From positions 5,951 to 69,950 of the forward strand of contig JBBIHC010000002.1 of NCBI GenBank assembly GCA_037447235.1: DNA of 64,000 nt, in the 5' to 3' direction. Of this stretch, positions 17,976 through 27,075 are shown piece by piece. Both the position numbers and the translations under genes were made by a program. The notes under the pieces are model-generated. The model worked only from the letters and a program-made list of their open reading frames with translations. It did not search any database and had not been told where the DNA came from. Each line of letters opens with the position of its first letter. The first letter of the stretch is position 1. The DNA comes from Candidatus Micrarchaeota archaeon (GTDB taxonomy: Archaea; Micrarchaeota; Micrarchaeia; Anstonellales; Bilamarchaeaceae).

Positions 17976-19264
17976 TTTTTGTTTTTTTCGAGTTCTTCGG
18001 CAAATGCCAGCAGGAAACAGTTTAGCTTGTCTTCAGGTATGGAAGCGCCTGCAGCCATCCTGTGGCCGCCCCCGACCCCGCCGCATAAATCCGCAGCCGC
18101 CCTTAGGGCAAGCCCAAGGTTTCCTCCTTTTCCCCTTGTTGAAATCTTAAGCTGCCTGCCATTGCTGTCTGCTATGCCGACAACAGGCTTTTTCCATAAT
18201 GGCTGCAGCACCATCCCGCATATTATCCCTATTATGTTCTCGCTTATCACTCCCCTGCCATCAATCAGGTAAAATGGCCCCAAATCCTGGATTGAGGCAG
18301 AGGCGTATGCAACGCCATCCTTAAGCATTTTCCTGTGCAGCTGAAGCAGTTTTCTCGCTTCCTCAAAATGCTCCTCTATGCCAAGCGCCACCCCAACGCC
18401 AACATCATCCCTCCCGTGCCTTCCGCAGGCATTTAGCATAGTTGAAAATTCGCCTGCTTCATAAGTTTCATTCATCCTGTTTTTTGGGAACACATAGCTT
18501 TCCTCGATTAGTTCATTCACATCCTTTATCCTTCCCCTGTCAATTAGCAGCTCTGCAAGTGCAGAGACAAGCTTCTTTTTCTCCTCTGCGCCCAAGTCCG
18601 CATATGTCCTGTACCTGTTTCCCTCCTTTATTGCTATGCCAAGCGACTGGATTAGCTGGATGCATCTGTCCTCTCTATACGAAAGCCCTGGAAGGTACGG
18701 TTCATCAGAATATTCAAGAAACTGGATAAGCGGCCTTGAATACCTGCCATAAAAACACAGGTCGTTTTCCACCTTTACCATTCCTTCTTTTTCGCCTTCA
18801 TTCACGAGTTCCCTGTTCTTTCCGATAAACGGAGCCTGCATATCCCCTACTGCTCCAGTTACTGCAAGCTCCACTCGCTTTCGGAAGACAAAATAAGCGG
18901 TTCCTGCGGCTGACAATTCGGTGCTGCCATCAATACCATACAGAAGCGGGTTTACCTGAGGCTTTTTTATTCCTTCAGTCTGATGGTGGTCAATTATCAG
19001 GACATCCTTGAGCTCGTTCACCTTCTTGTTCCCTCCGCCAAGGTCAACGAATATTATCTCCTTCTCCTTTGCAAGCGCATCAATAGCCGCATCATCAAGT
19101 TTTTTTATGCACATTCTCCTGTATCGCCTGTTCTCATCAATGAATGCGCCCGTTACTATCGCCCCAGAGGTTATTCCATCTGTGTCGTAGTGATGAACGA
19201 TTAGCGGATTGGAAAAGGAAAACGCGATTTTTCTTGCTTCTTCGCAAGCCTCTTCAAAGTTCAC
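17972..19264 (-). CDS. DHH/DHHA1 phosphoesterase, an archaeal RecJ/GAN-like nuclease.
   Basis: Motif I is HHYDTDGITSG, the DHH motif is VLIIDHHQ, and the DHHA1 motif is GGVGGGHRMAAGASI. The track ORF extends to 19495 through a poly-Phe translation of an A-rich spacer. A GTG start near 19264 is preferred, because TATA-like TTTAAAG/TTTATAT elements lie 15-30 nt upstream. The start is uncertain. Confidence 0.55.
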   Translation of the reverse strand: MNFEEACEEARKIAFSFSNPLIVHHYDTDGITSGAIVTGAFIDENRRYRRMCIKKLDDAAIDALAKEKEIIFVDLGGGNKKVNELKDVLIIDHHQTEGIKKPQVNPLLYGIDGSTELSAAGTAYFVFRKRVELAVTGAVGDMQAPFIGKNRELVNEGEKEGMVKVENDLCFYGRYSRPLIQFLEYSDEPYLPGLSYREDRCIQLIQSLGIAIKEGNRYRTYADLGAEEKKKLVSALAELLIDRGRIKDVNELIEESYVFPKNRMNETYEAGEFSTMLNACGRHGRDDVGVGVALGIEEHFEEARKLLQLHRKMLKDGVAYASASIQDLGPFYLIDGRGVISENIIGIICGMVLQPLWKKPVVGIADSNGRQLKISTRGKGGNLGLALRAAADLCGGVGGGHRMAAGASIPEDKLNCFLLAFAEELEKNKN

Positions 19265-19415
19265 ACTGGATTTTTGATATAAAACTTTAAATAAAGATTG
19301 CTTAATATCCTTGGTGATTAAAGTGGTATGCAAAAAACCAATGAAGAAAAAAGCAGCAAAGAAAAAAACAGCAAAAAAGAAAGCGAAGAAAAAATAGCGT
19401 CTTCGCTTTAGGCTG

Positions 19416-20861
19416 GTGTTCCCGTTGCAGGTTGACAAATCAGATTTTTCAGAATGGTATAATGCCGTGATAAAAGAGGCCGGGCTGTGCGACATCCGCT
19501 ACGGCGTCAAGGGCTTTGTAGTCTTTATGCCGTGGGCAGTCATGAGCATGAACCAGATGTATCTGATGTATGAAGAAGAGTTGCAGAAAAGGGGGCACCA
19601 GCCGGCTCTTTTTCCAGCCCTTATCCCGCAGTCTTATCTCACAAAGGAAAGCGAGCACGTGCAGGGTTTTGTGCCAGAAGTTTTTTGGGTAACTGCTGCA
19701 GGGAACAACCAGCTTGAGGAAAAACTGGCGATGAGGCCGACAAGCGAGACAGCGATGTATTCAATGTATTCTCTTTGGATACACGGAAAAAAGGACCTGC
19801 CGCTGAAAATCTACCAGCGCTGTCAGGTGTGGCGCTACGAGACCAAGGCAACAAAGCCTTTCATACGCTCGCGTGAGTTTTACTGGATAGAAGCGCACAA
19901 TTGCTTTGCAACGCGCGAGGATGCAGAGGCGCAGGTACGCGAGGATATGGAAATGGCGGAAAAGGTAATTCATCAGGAATTTGGCGTTCCATTCCTTTTT
20001 TTCAAGAGGCCGCAATGGGACAAGTTCGCTGGCGCGGTTGATACATATGCGGCAGACACCATTATGCCTGACAGAAGAGTGCTTCAGCTTCCAAGCACCC
20101 ATATGCTCGGCCAGAATTTCTCAAAATCGTTCAACATAAAATATATGGATGAGAACGAGAAAGAGCATTTTGTCTGGCAGACCTGCTACGGCCCGGCAAT
20201 ATCAAGGATATATGCTGCAGTCTTTGCAACGCATGGCGATGAAAAGGGCCTTGTCCTGCCGTTTGACCTTGCCCCGCTTCAGGTGATCATTGTTCCAATA
20301 ATAAAAGCAGAAACCGCGGACGAGGTAAAAAAGAAGTGCGAGGAGATGAGAAGGGCGCTTTCTGAAAAATATCGCGTTGATGTTGATTATGGCGAGGAAA
20401 CGCCCGGAGCTAAGTTTAACTATTGGGAGCTCAAGGGCGTGCCGGTGAGAGTGGAAATAGGGAAGAAGGACATTGAAAAAGGAGTAGTGACAGCGGCGCG
20501 AAGGGACACCCGGGAAAAAATCGCGGTTAAAGAGAAGGAGCTTGTTGCAACCATTGAGAGGCTGCGCGGCGAAATCAAAAAGAACCTTATTGCAAGAGCA
20601 AACGCCTGGTTTAAGAAACAGCTTGCCTCTGCGGACGATATGGGGCATCTTGCCGGCGCGCTTGACAAGGCGGGCTTTGTAAGGGTTCCTTTCTGCACTG
20701 ACCAGAAGGAAGGGGAAAAGTGCGCGGATATTGTCAAGGAAAAATGCCACGCCAACATAAGGGGCACGCTTTACGGAAGCGATGAGACGCCAAAAGGAAA
20801 AAAATGCATAGCCTGCGGAAAGCCTGCCGCCATCTATGTTTATGCCGCAAGGCAGTATTAG
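19416..20861 (+). CDS. proS: Prolyl-tRNA synthetase, archaeal/eukaryotic type.
   Basis: The N-terminus DFSEWYNAVIKEAGLCDIRYGVKGFVVFMPWA is characteristic of class II ProRS. The C-terminus carries a zinc-binding CIACGKPA...Y. Confidence 0.85.
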   Translation: MFPLQVDKSDFSEWYNAVIKEAGLCDIRYGVKGFVVFMPWAVMSMNQMYLMYEEELQKRGHQPALFPALIPQSYLTKESEHVQGFVPEVFWVTAAGNNQLEEKLAMRPTSETAMYSMYSLWIHGKKDLPLKIYQRCQVWRYETKATKPFIRSREFYWIEAHNCFATREDAEAQVREDMEMAEKVIHQEFGVPFLFFKRPQWDKFAGAVDTYAADTIMPDRRVLQLPSTHMLGQNFSKSFNIKYMDENEKEHFVWQTCYGPAISRIYAAVFATHGDEKGLVLPFDLAPLQVIIVPIIKAETADEVKKKCEEMRRALSEKYRVDVDYGEETPGAKFNYWELKGVPVRVEIGKKDIEKGVVTAARRDTREKIAVKEKELVATIERLRGEIKKNLIARANAWFKKQLASADDMGHLAGALDKAGFVRVPFCTDQKEGEKCADIVKEKCHANIRGTLYGSDETPKGKKCIACGKPAAIYVYAARQY

Positions 20862-20881
20862 GCCGATTTGCAATCCGCCGC

Positions 20882-23620
20882 ATGAAGAAAAAAGCGAGGC
20901 TTAAAAAAGTTCTCCACGAATTCAGGAATATGGCGCTGAAGCAGATGGAGGCGAGCCTTGAGGCAAACAAAATTAGGGCTTATGCTACGATGCTCAAGGA
21001 AAACCAGAAGTTTTGGGATTTTCTCATCGTGTTCCTCGCGGCATTGCTCATGCTCTCTGCGATAAATTTCTATCCTTTGCCTGTAATCGTTCTGCTTGCG
21101 CTGGTTGCCGGAATCGCGGCATATGCCAGGCCGCCGCTGGGTGTCATCCTTTCCTTTGTTTTTGCTATACCCGCGTTTGTATACCAGTCCATCTCTTTCG
21201 GCTGGTTTTTCCTTTTTGTTGCCGCGCTCATGCTTTTTGAGGTCTTTGAGCGCTGGCTGCTGATAGCAGTCCTCCAGATAATAATATTCGCCCCCTTCAG
21301 CTTCGGCGGCCTGCCCTTTGCAGGATTCTTTTCCATTCTTGGAATGGCAGTGTCTGCATATCATTTTGGCTCGCGAAAAAGCGTTATGGTGTCCGCGCCG
21401 GCAGTTTTTCTGATACTGCTTCTTTCATCGTTGTTTCTCGTCCAGAACAGCGCGTTCTTTCCAATCAATCTAAACCTTTACCGCTCCGCATACCACCTGA
21501 GATTTGACAAGCCTGCTGTCAGCCTGGCAGAATTAGGCAGCGTTTTCTCTTCCTCTCTGCGCGATTTCCTGAGCATTCAAAACATCGGGCTGGTTTTTGA
21601 GACTGTTGGGATAATCATAGGCCAGTCATCCACGCTTCTCTTCAGGGACTCGGCGCTTATTCAGATAATCGGCTGGTCGGCGGCGCTTTTCGCAATGCCC
21701 TATCTCTCCGGCAGGCTGAAAAAAAACCAGCAGGCGCTTTCTTCCCCTGTGCTTCTTCTTCTCCTTCCTTTCTATTATTTTGCAGGCATTGTTTCCGGCA
21801 CCGGTGGCTTGAGCGTTAATTTTGCCGCAATGGTGGTGTTGGCAGCGGCAGTCCTCGCAGTTGCGGAGTGCTTTGGCCTCAGGGTAAGCCGGGAGGTTGA
21901 GATTGAGCGCGGAGAAAAGCTGAAGGCATACGACAAGTTCGGCTTCAAGGATGTCGGTCTGGCGGCTGCGGAAACCCTGGACGATGTCGGCGGCTATGAT
22001 GATGTGAAGCAGGAGCTTCGCGACGCCATAGTGGTGCCGTTGGAGAAAAAGGACATAGCGATGGCTTACGGGATGAAGCCGCCTTCGGGCATATTGCTTT
22101 TCGGCCCGCCAGGCACAGGCAAAACGATGCTCATGAGGGCGCTGGCCCGCGAGCTGAAGTATCATTTCATAGAAGTCAAGTGCGCAAACATAATGAGCGA
22201 ATGGTACGGCGAAAGCGAAAAGAATGTTGTTGAGGTTTTTGCGAAGGCGCGGACAATGGCGCCGGCGATATTGTTTTTTGACGAGATAGATGTGATAGGG
22301 AAAAAGAGGGCAAAGGGCGGGCTGGATGAGGTCACGCCCAGAATCCTGAGCACAATGCTTCAGGAGATGGATGGCGCTGTGAAAAGCAAGGCAAGCGTTA
22401 TCGTCGTCGGAACAACAAACATACCTGACCAGCTGGACCGCGCTTTGCTGAGGCCAGGCAGGTTTGACAAAATAATCTATATGCATCTCCCGGACGCAAA
22501 GGCAAGAAAGGACATACTGGAAAAGATCGCGAGAAGGCTTCCGCTTGCGCCTGATGTTGATTTTGATGTCTTGGCGAAAAAGGCAGAGCGCTTTTCCGGC
22601 GCGGACCTTAAAAATCTTGTCACTGAAGCCAAGAGGCTTGCGGCAAAGGAAGCAGAAATCGCCGGCAGGGTCGTGCCGGTTTCAATGCAGCATTTTACGG
22701 CTATGCTCAAGAGGATAAAGCCGAGCACCACATTTGACCAGCTCGAGGAATACGAGAAATTCAGGATGGACTTTGAGAGAAGCATCGCAGGGAAGCCGGA
22801 GGAGGCTGAGGAGAAGAAGGAAGTGCGCTGGAGCGATGTTGCAGGGATGGAGGATGTAAAGCAGGCGCTTATGGAGGCGATACAGCTTCCTCTCTTGCGC
22901 GAGGACCTGATGAAAGAGTTCAAGGTAAAGCCGAGCAAGGGAATACTGCTTTTTGGTCCGCCCGGCACCGGCAAGACGCTTCTTGTCAGGGCTGCGGCGA
23001 ACGAGCTTAATGTTTCATTCCAGTCCTTGAGCGGAGCTGATTTGAGCAAAGAAGGCTATTTCAAGGCAGCAGCCATAGTCAAGGAAGCATTCAACCGCGC
23101 AAGGGAAAACGCGCCATCCATACTTTTCATAGACGAGATAGAAACATTCGCGCCGGCCAGGGGGGCAGGCGCAGCGTCCGAAGTGGTCGGCCAGTTTCTT
23201 GCAGAGATGGACGGCATAAGGGAACTGAAGGGGGTTGTCGTAATTGCAGCCACGAACATCCCTGAACTTGTTGACAAGGCTCTCCTAAGGCCCGGCAGGT
23301 TTGACAAGGTTTTCTACATTCCGCCGCCTGACGAGAAGACAAGGAAAGAAATATTCAGGATTCATCTTGGCAGCTTTGCTGAAGGAGTTGACCTTGGCAG
23401 GGTGGCAAAGGCAAGCGACGGATACAGCGGCGCAGACATATCTTCTGTTTGCCAGGCAGTAAAGATGCAGGCGCTAAGGAAGAAGCTTGCCGGCGTTGAA
23501 AAGCCTAAAATAAGCACCGAAGACCTTCTCGCAGTGATTTCAGCGCAGAAGCCATCAATAACCCCTGCAATGCTCCGCTCCTACGAGCTCTTCCTTGAAA
23601 AATACGGCGAGAGGAGATAG
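20882..23620 (+). CDS. Membrane-anchored tandem AAA+ ATPase. Cdc48/VAT-like D1+D2 domains are fused to a roughly 350-aa polytopic N-terminal membrane domain.
   Basis: There are two Walker A motifs, ILLFGPPGTGKTMLMRALA and ILLFGPPGTGKTLLVRAAA, and two Walker B motifs, ILFFDEID and ILFIDEIE. The N-terminal 350 aa consist of 8 or more hydrophobic helices in place of a Cdc48 N-domain. The ATG at 20882 is the first Met after the ProRS stop. Confidence 0.75.
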   Translation: MKKKARLKKVLHEFRNMALKQMEASLEANKIRAYATMLKENQKFWDFLIVFLAALLMLSAINFYPLPVIVLLALVAGIAAYARPPLGVILSFVFAIPAFVYQSISFGWFFLFVAALMLFEVFERWLLIAVLQIIIFAPFSFGGLPFAGFFSILGMAVSAYHFGSRKSVMVSAPAVFLILLLSSLFLVQNSAFFPINLNLYRSAYHLRFDKPAVSLAELGSVFSSSLRDFLSIQNIGLVFETVGIIIGQSSTLLFRDSALIQIIGWSAALFAMPYLSGRLKKNQQALSSPVLLLLLPFYYFAGIVSGTGGLSVNFAAMVVLAAAVLAVAECFGLRVSREVEIERGEKLKAYDKFGFKDVGLAAAETLDDVGGYDDVKQELRDAIVVPLEKKDIAMAYGMKPPSGILLFGPPGTGKTMLMRALARELKYHFIEVKCANIMSEWYGESEKNVVEVFAKARTMAPAILFFDEIDVIGKKRAKGGLDEVTPRILSTMLQEMDGAVKSKASVIVVGTTNIPDQLDRALLRPGRFDKIIYMHLPDAKARKDILEKIARRLPLAPDVDFDVLAKKAERFSGADLKNLVTEAKRLAAKEAEIAGRVVPVSMQHFTAMLKRIKPSTTFDQLEEYEKFRMDFERSIAGKPEEAEEKKEVRWSDVAGMEDVKQALMEAIQLPLLREDLMKEFKVKPSKGILLFGPPGTGKTLLVRAAANELNVSFQSLSGADLSKEGYFKAAAIVKEAFNRARENAPSILFIDEIETFAPARGAGAASEVVGQFLAEMDGIRELKGVVVIAATNIPELVDKALLRPGRFDKVFYIPPPDEKTRKEIFRIHLGSFAEGVDLGRVAKASDGYSGADISSVCQAVKMQALRKKLAGVEKPKISTEDLLAVISAQKPSITPAMLRSYELFLEKYGERR

Positions 23621-25369
23621 TCACGACCTTGCCTTTCCGCTTTTTTCTTTTTCGTGCTGGATGAAGTACATCTCTTTTATCTCGTCCGTTGTCGTGGCTT
23701 CAGTGGGGCTCTTGTCCTCGCGCAGCCGGAGCATCCTCGGGAACCTGAGCGCATACCCCTTGTCGCCGTGCAGCCCGCAGGTGTGCGTTGGCGACATCGT
23801 GATTTCGTCAAAAACCACTTCCACGACATATTTCGGCTCCACCCAGAAATCCGGCTCTATCCTGTAATCCAGGTCTGGCGGGGCGCCGGCTCTTTTTATC
23901 TTGTCAAGTTTTTCCTTCAACTGGAGCATTTCCTCCTCGCTGAAGCCCGAGCCTATCTTGGCGACTGTTTCAAAAATTCCGCGGTCAGGATTGTAAACTG
24001 CAACCAGCAGGCCCCCGAACTCAAACTGCGCTCTTGCCCCCTTGCCAAGATAATAGCCCACTATGACGCCATCAATCGTGTCAACCGCTTCCCCATAGGA
24101 CTTCTTGAGTTTTATCCAGGCGAATTTCCTCTTTCCTGCGGTATACGGCGCATTCAGGTCCTTTGCCATTATCCCCTCAAGCCCGCGGCTAAGCGCGTCC
24201 TTGAACTGCCTCTCAAGCTCATCAGGCGTTTTCACGACTTTTTGTTCGCTGAGTTTCAGGATGCCATCGCCGGCAATTATCTTTTCAAGTGCGGCGCGGC
24301 GCTTCCTGTACGGCTCGGTTGTATAGTCCTTGCCGTTTAGGTAAAGAAGGTCAAAGCAGAAAAGGTTAAGCGGCAGCTCTTTTTTCGCCTCCTCAATTCC
24401 GTATTTTCTCTTTCTCTGCATCGTCTGCTGGAAGGAGTAGTATCTGTTTTCCCTTTTGTTGTAGGCAAGCGCTTCCCCCTCCAGTATTATCTCATTTGCC
24501 TTCAATTGCTTTACAGCGTCAACAATCTCCGGAAACATGTGCGTCATTTTGTCCAGGCGTCTTGAATAAAGCTCAACCGCGTTCCCGCTTTTGTGTACCT
24601 GCAGCCGGAAGCCGTCATATTTTCCTTCGCTTGCGCACTCGCCTATTTTTTTTACTATTTCCTCCGCGCTGCCAAGCCTTTCGGCGAGCGCCGGCATAAG
24701 CGGCTTGAACGGCTGCACCCTGAATCTTTCTATTTTTTCCCTCTCCCCGTAAAAAAGCCTTGCGACATGCCCCATGTCGGCGCAAACGTTGTAAGCCCGC
24801 TCAAGCTTCTCCCTCCATGACTTGTCGCCTGTTTTTGCGACAGAAAGCGCATCCAGTATGGTCGGATCCCCAACGCCAAGCCTGAGCCGGCCAGTGACGA
24901 ACCTCACTATGTATCTTGCCTCAAGCGGCGTTGCATTGTTTAGCAGTTCAACAAGATATTTTTTCTTCAGCTCAGTGCTCCCCGGCCCGCTTGTTTTCGC
25001 TATCCGCAGCAGCGCATTGTAGAGGCGTATGACATCCAGCGGGTTTGAAATAAGCGACTGCTGTTTTTTCTTTTTCAGGAAATTTTCCGCAGTGATGCCA
25101 AGGTCGCCGGTTTTTTTATATTCCCCATCAACCGCCGAGGCAGAGTATCCGGTTGCGCTTCCTATGGCTTCCACGGCAAACCTCTCGCCCATTCCAAGTT
25201 CAATGTTTTCATAGGGTGGTGCCACTATGCCCTGCACAAAATATACGATGGCTTTTATTTCCTCCGGGTCTGCTTTGCCGAAGAGCTCGGCCAGCAGGTT
25301 GGTCATCTCTATGCGGCCGCTCTTGCCCTCGACCTTGCTGAAAACAGCAACGACATCATCAAAAAGCAT
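23621..25369 (-). CDS. lig: ATP-dependent DNA ligase.
   Basis: Motif I is KYDGFRLQVHK and motif V is EGIMAKD. The conserved YALRFPR lies in the OB domain. Confidence 0.85.
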   Translation of the reverse strand: MLFDDVVAVFSKVEGKSGRIEMTNLLAELFGKADPEEIKAIVYFVQGIVAPPYENIELGMGERFAVEAIGSATGYSASAVDGEYKKTGDLGITAENFLKKKKQQSLISNPLDVIRLYNALLRIAKTSGPGSTELKKKYLVELLNNATPLEARYIVRFVTGRLRLGVGDPTILDALSVAKTGDKSWREKLERAYNVCADMGHVARLFYGEREKIERFRVQPFKPLMPALAERLGSAEEIVKKIGECASEGKYDGFRLQVHKSGNAVELYSRRLDKMTHMFPEIVDAVKQLKANEIILEGEALAYNKRENRYYSFQQTMQRKRKYGIEEAKKELPLNLFCFDLLYLNGKDYTTEPYRKRRAALEKIIAGDGILKLSEQKVVKTPDELERQFKDALSRGLEGIMAKDLNAPYTAGKRKFAWIKLKKSYGEAVDTIDGVIVGYYLGKGARAQFEFGGLLVAVYNPDRGIFETVAKIGSGFSEEEMLQLKEKLDKIKRAGAPPDLDYRIEPDFWVEPKYVVEVVFDEITMSPTHTCGLHGDKGYALRFPRMLRLREDKSPTEATTTDEIKEMYFIQHEKEKSGKARS

Positions 25370-25390
25370 GATACCATTCCCTTTCGCTCT

Positions 25391-27025
25391 TTAAGGCTGT
25401 TGTGCCTTCTTGTTCATCATCAATATCTTCCTTATGTTCCTTATCCTTTCGTTTGCCTCGTCCAGTGCGACTATCAGCTCTATGAAAATTGAGCCGTAGT
25501 TTGTGGATTTTTCAAGCATTCTCTTCATATGCGCCTCGTATGTCTTCTCTATCCGCTTTCTCAGCGCATCGTCCTTTGCCCGCATTTTCTTGGCCGTATC
25601 CTTGTCCATCCCGTCAAAATTCTCCCGCAGGATGTCAAGGTTATCGCGAATGATAGCATAGTTCCCCAGCAACTCAGCCCGCGACGCGTCTGAAAGGTGG
25701 ATGCCCCGCTCATAAAGATTGGAATATGTTATGCTTATCATTTTTGCAATGTCTGCAAAATGCTCCACCTGGTTGGATATCCGCGTAAGAATAACCGTTT
25801 CCTCCAGTTCTTCTTTCGTTAATTTCCTCTTTGACAGCGAGACGAGGGCGATTGTTATTTTTTGGTCCAGAAAATCAGTATACGCCTCAAGTTTCTGCAC
25901 TCTGTTCCGCCTGTCCGTTTTTGTTTTTATTGCGTTTATCGTTTCTTCAAAAAGGTCGCGCGAGATTTCCAGCGCGTGCTTTATTTCGTTTTTTACGAGT
26001 TCCAGCGCTTTTTCGTTTTTCTTCGGCAGTTCATCGTTCAGGTATTTCGTTGCAAACACAATCTCCTTTTCGTCGCTCGGCACGATTTTCCTTATCAACA
26101 TCTCGAATTGCCTTATCACGATCAGGAATACGATTGTTGCAATCACATTGACCAGAAGATGGGCGTTTGCCAGCTGCTGCCCGACACCCCCTCCAAGCAT
26201 TTCAACAAAACGCGAGAAATCGCCCAATACCGGCAGTATGAGCAGAACACCAAAAAAATTGAACATAAAGTGCGCCACAGCGGCGCGCTTTGCGCTGTTT
26301 TCCATTCTTGCCGCAGCGAGCAGGGCAGTGGTCGTTGTGCCTATGTGGGCTCCCAGGATTATCAGGATGCCGTCATACAAACTCAGCAGGCCTGCCTGGG
26401 CAAAAATGACCGCAAGCCCTGCGGTGACCGCGCTTGACATAAATATGTTTGTGAGGATGAAACCGGCCAGTATGCCTATGGCTGGATTCGTGAAGTGCGA
26501 GAACAGCGAGATGACTTCCGGGTGCGCCTTTAGAGCCTCTGTTGCATCAGCAATCAGGGTAAGCGAGAAAAAAACAAGGCCAAAATAAAATAACGGCTTC
26601 CCCACGAACTTGTACCTTCCCCCTATCAGGTCGATTATGAAACCTATGACTATAAAAAGCGGAGCAAATTGGGTAAGCTTGAATGCTATCAACTGTGTCG
26701 TAATCGTGGTGCCTATGTTTGCGCCTGCTATTAACCCAAGGCTTTGGGAAAACGACAGCGTGCCTGCGTCAACCAGTCCGACGACTATGATCGTCATCGC
26801 GGTGCTTGACTGAAGTATTGCTGTCGCCACCATTCCGCTCACAACGCCTATTGGCTGGGTTTTGGCAAGCCGTTGAAGCTGGGTGCGGAAGGTCTCGCCG
26901 GCAACCCTAAGCAGCTCTTTGCTGAATTGTTCTATCCCGTAAAGGAACAGCACCACGGCCGGCAATACTGAAAGTATGAGCTTCATCTCAAAGTTGTTCA
27001 ACAGTTCCATCAAAAAATATTTCAA
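25391..27025 (-). CDS. Na+/phosphate cotransporter (NptA-type) with a C-terminal PhoU-like domain.
   Basis: Duplicated GANIGTT / GAHIGTT motifs sit in a polytopic N-terminal half. The C-terminal 200 aa are soluble and helical, as in a PhoU/PhoU-like regulator. Confidence 0.7.
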   Translation of the reverse strand: MKYFLMELLNNFEMKLILSVLPAVVLFLYGIEQFSKELLRVAGETFRTQLQRLAKTQPIGVVSGMVATAILQSSTAMTIIVVGLVDAGTLSFSQSLGLIAGANIGTTITTQLIAFKLTQFAPLFIVIGFIIDLIGGRYKFVGKPLFYFGLVFFSLTLIADATEALKAHPEVISLFSHFTNPAIGILAGFILTNIFMSSAVTAGLAVIFAQAGLLSLYDGILIILGAHIGTTTTALLAAARMENSAKRAAVAHFMFNFFGVLLILPVLGDFSRFVEMLGGGVGQQLANAHLLVNVIATIVFLIVIRQFEMLIRKIVPSDEKEIVFATKYLNDELPKKNEKALELVKNEIKHALEISRDLFEETINAIKTKTDRRNRVQKLEAYTDFLDQKITIALVSLSKRKLTKEELEETVILTRISNQVEHFADIAKMISITYSNLYERGIHLSDASRAELLGNYAIIRDNLDILRENFDGMDKDTAKKMRAKDDALRKRIEKTYEAHMKRMLEKSTNYGSIFIELIVALDEANERIRNIRKILMMNKKAQQP

Positions 27026-27075
27026 GCGAGAATTTAAAAAATGCGCTCACTTAATACTTTGAAGGAGGGAGACAC

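Noticed and set aside
19265-19495. The DHH gene's full-length track start at 19495.
   Set aside because: The first 70 residues translate an A-rich spacer into a poly-Phe string with no Met. An internal GTG with TATA-like elements is more plausible, though the start remains uncertain.
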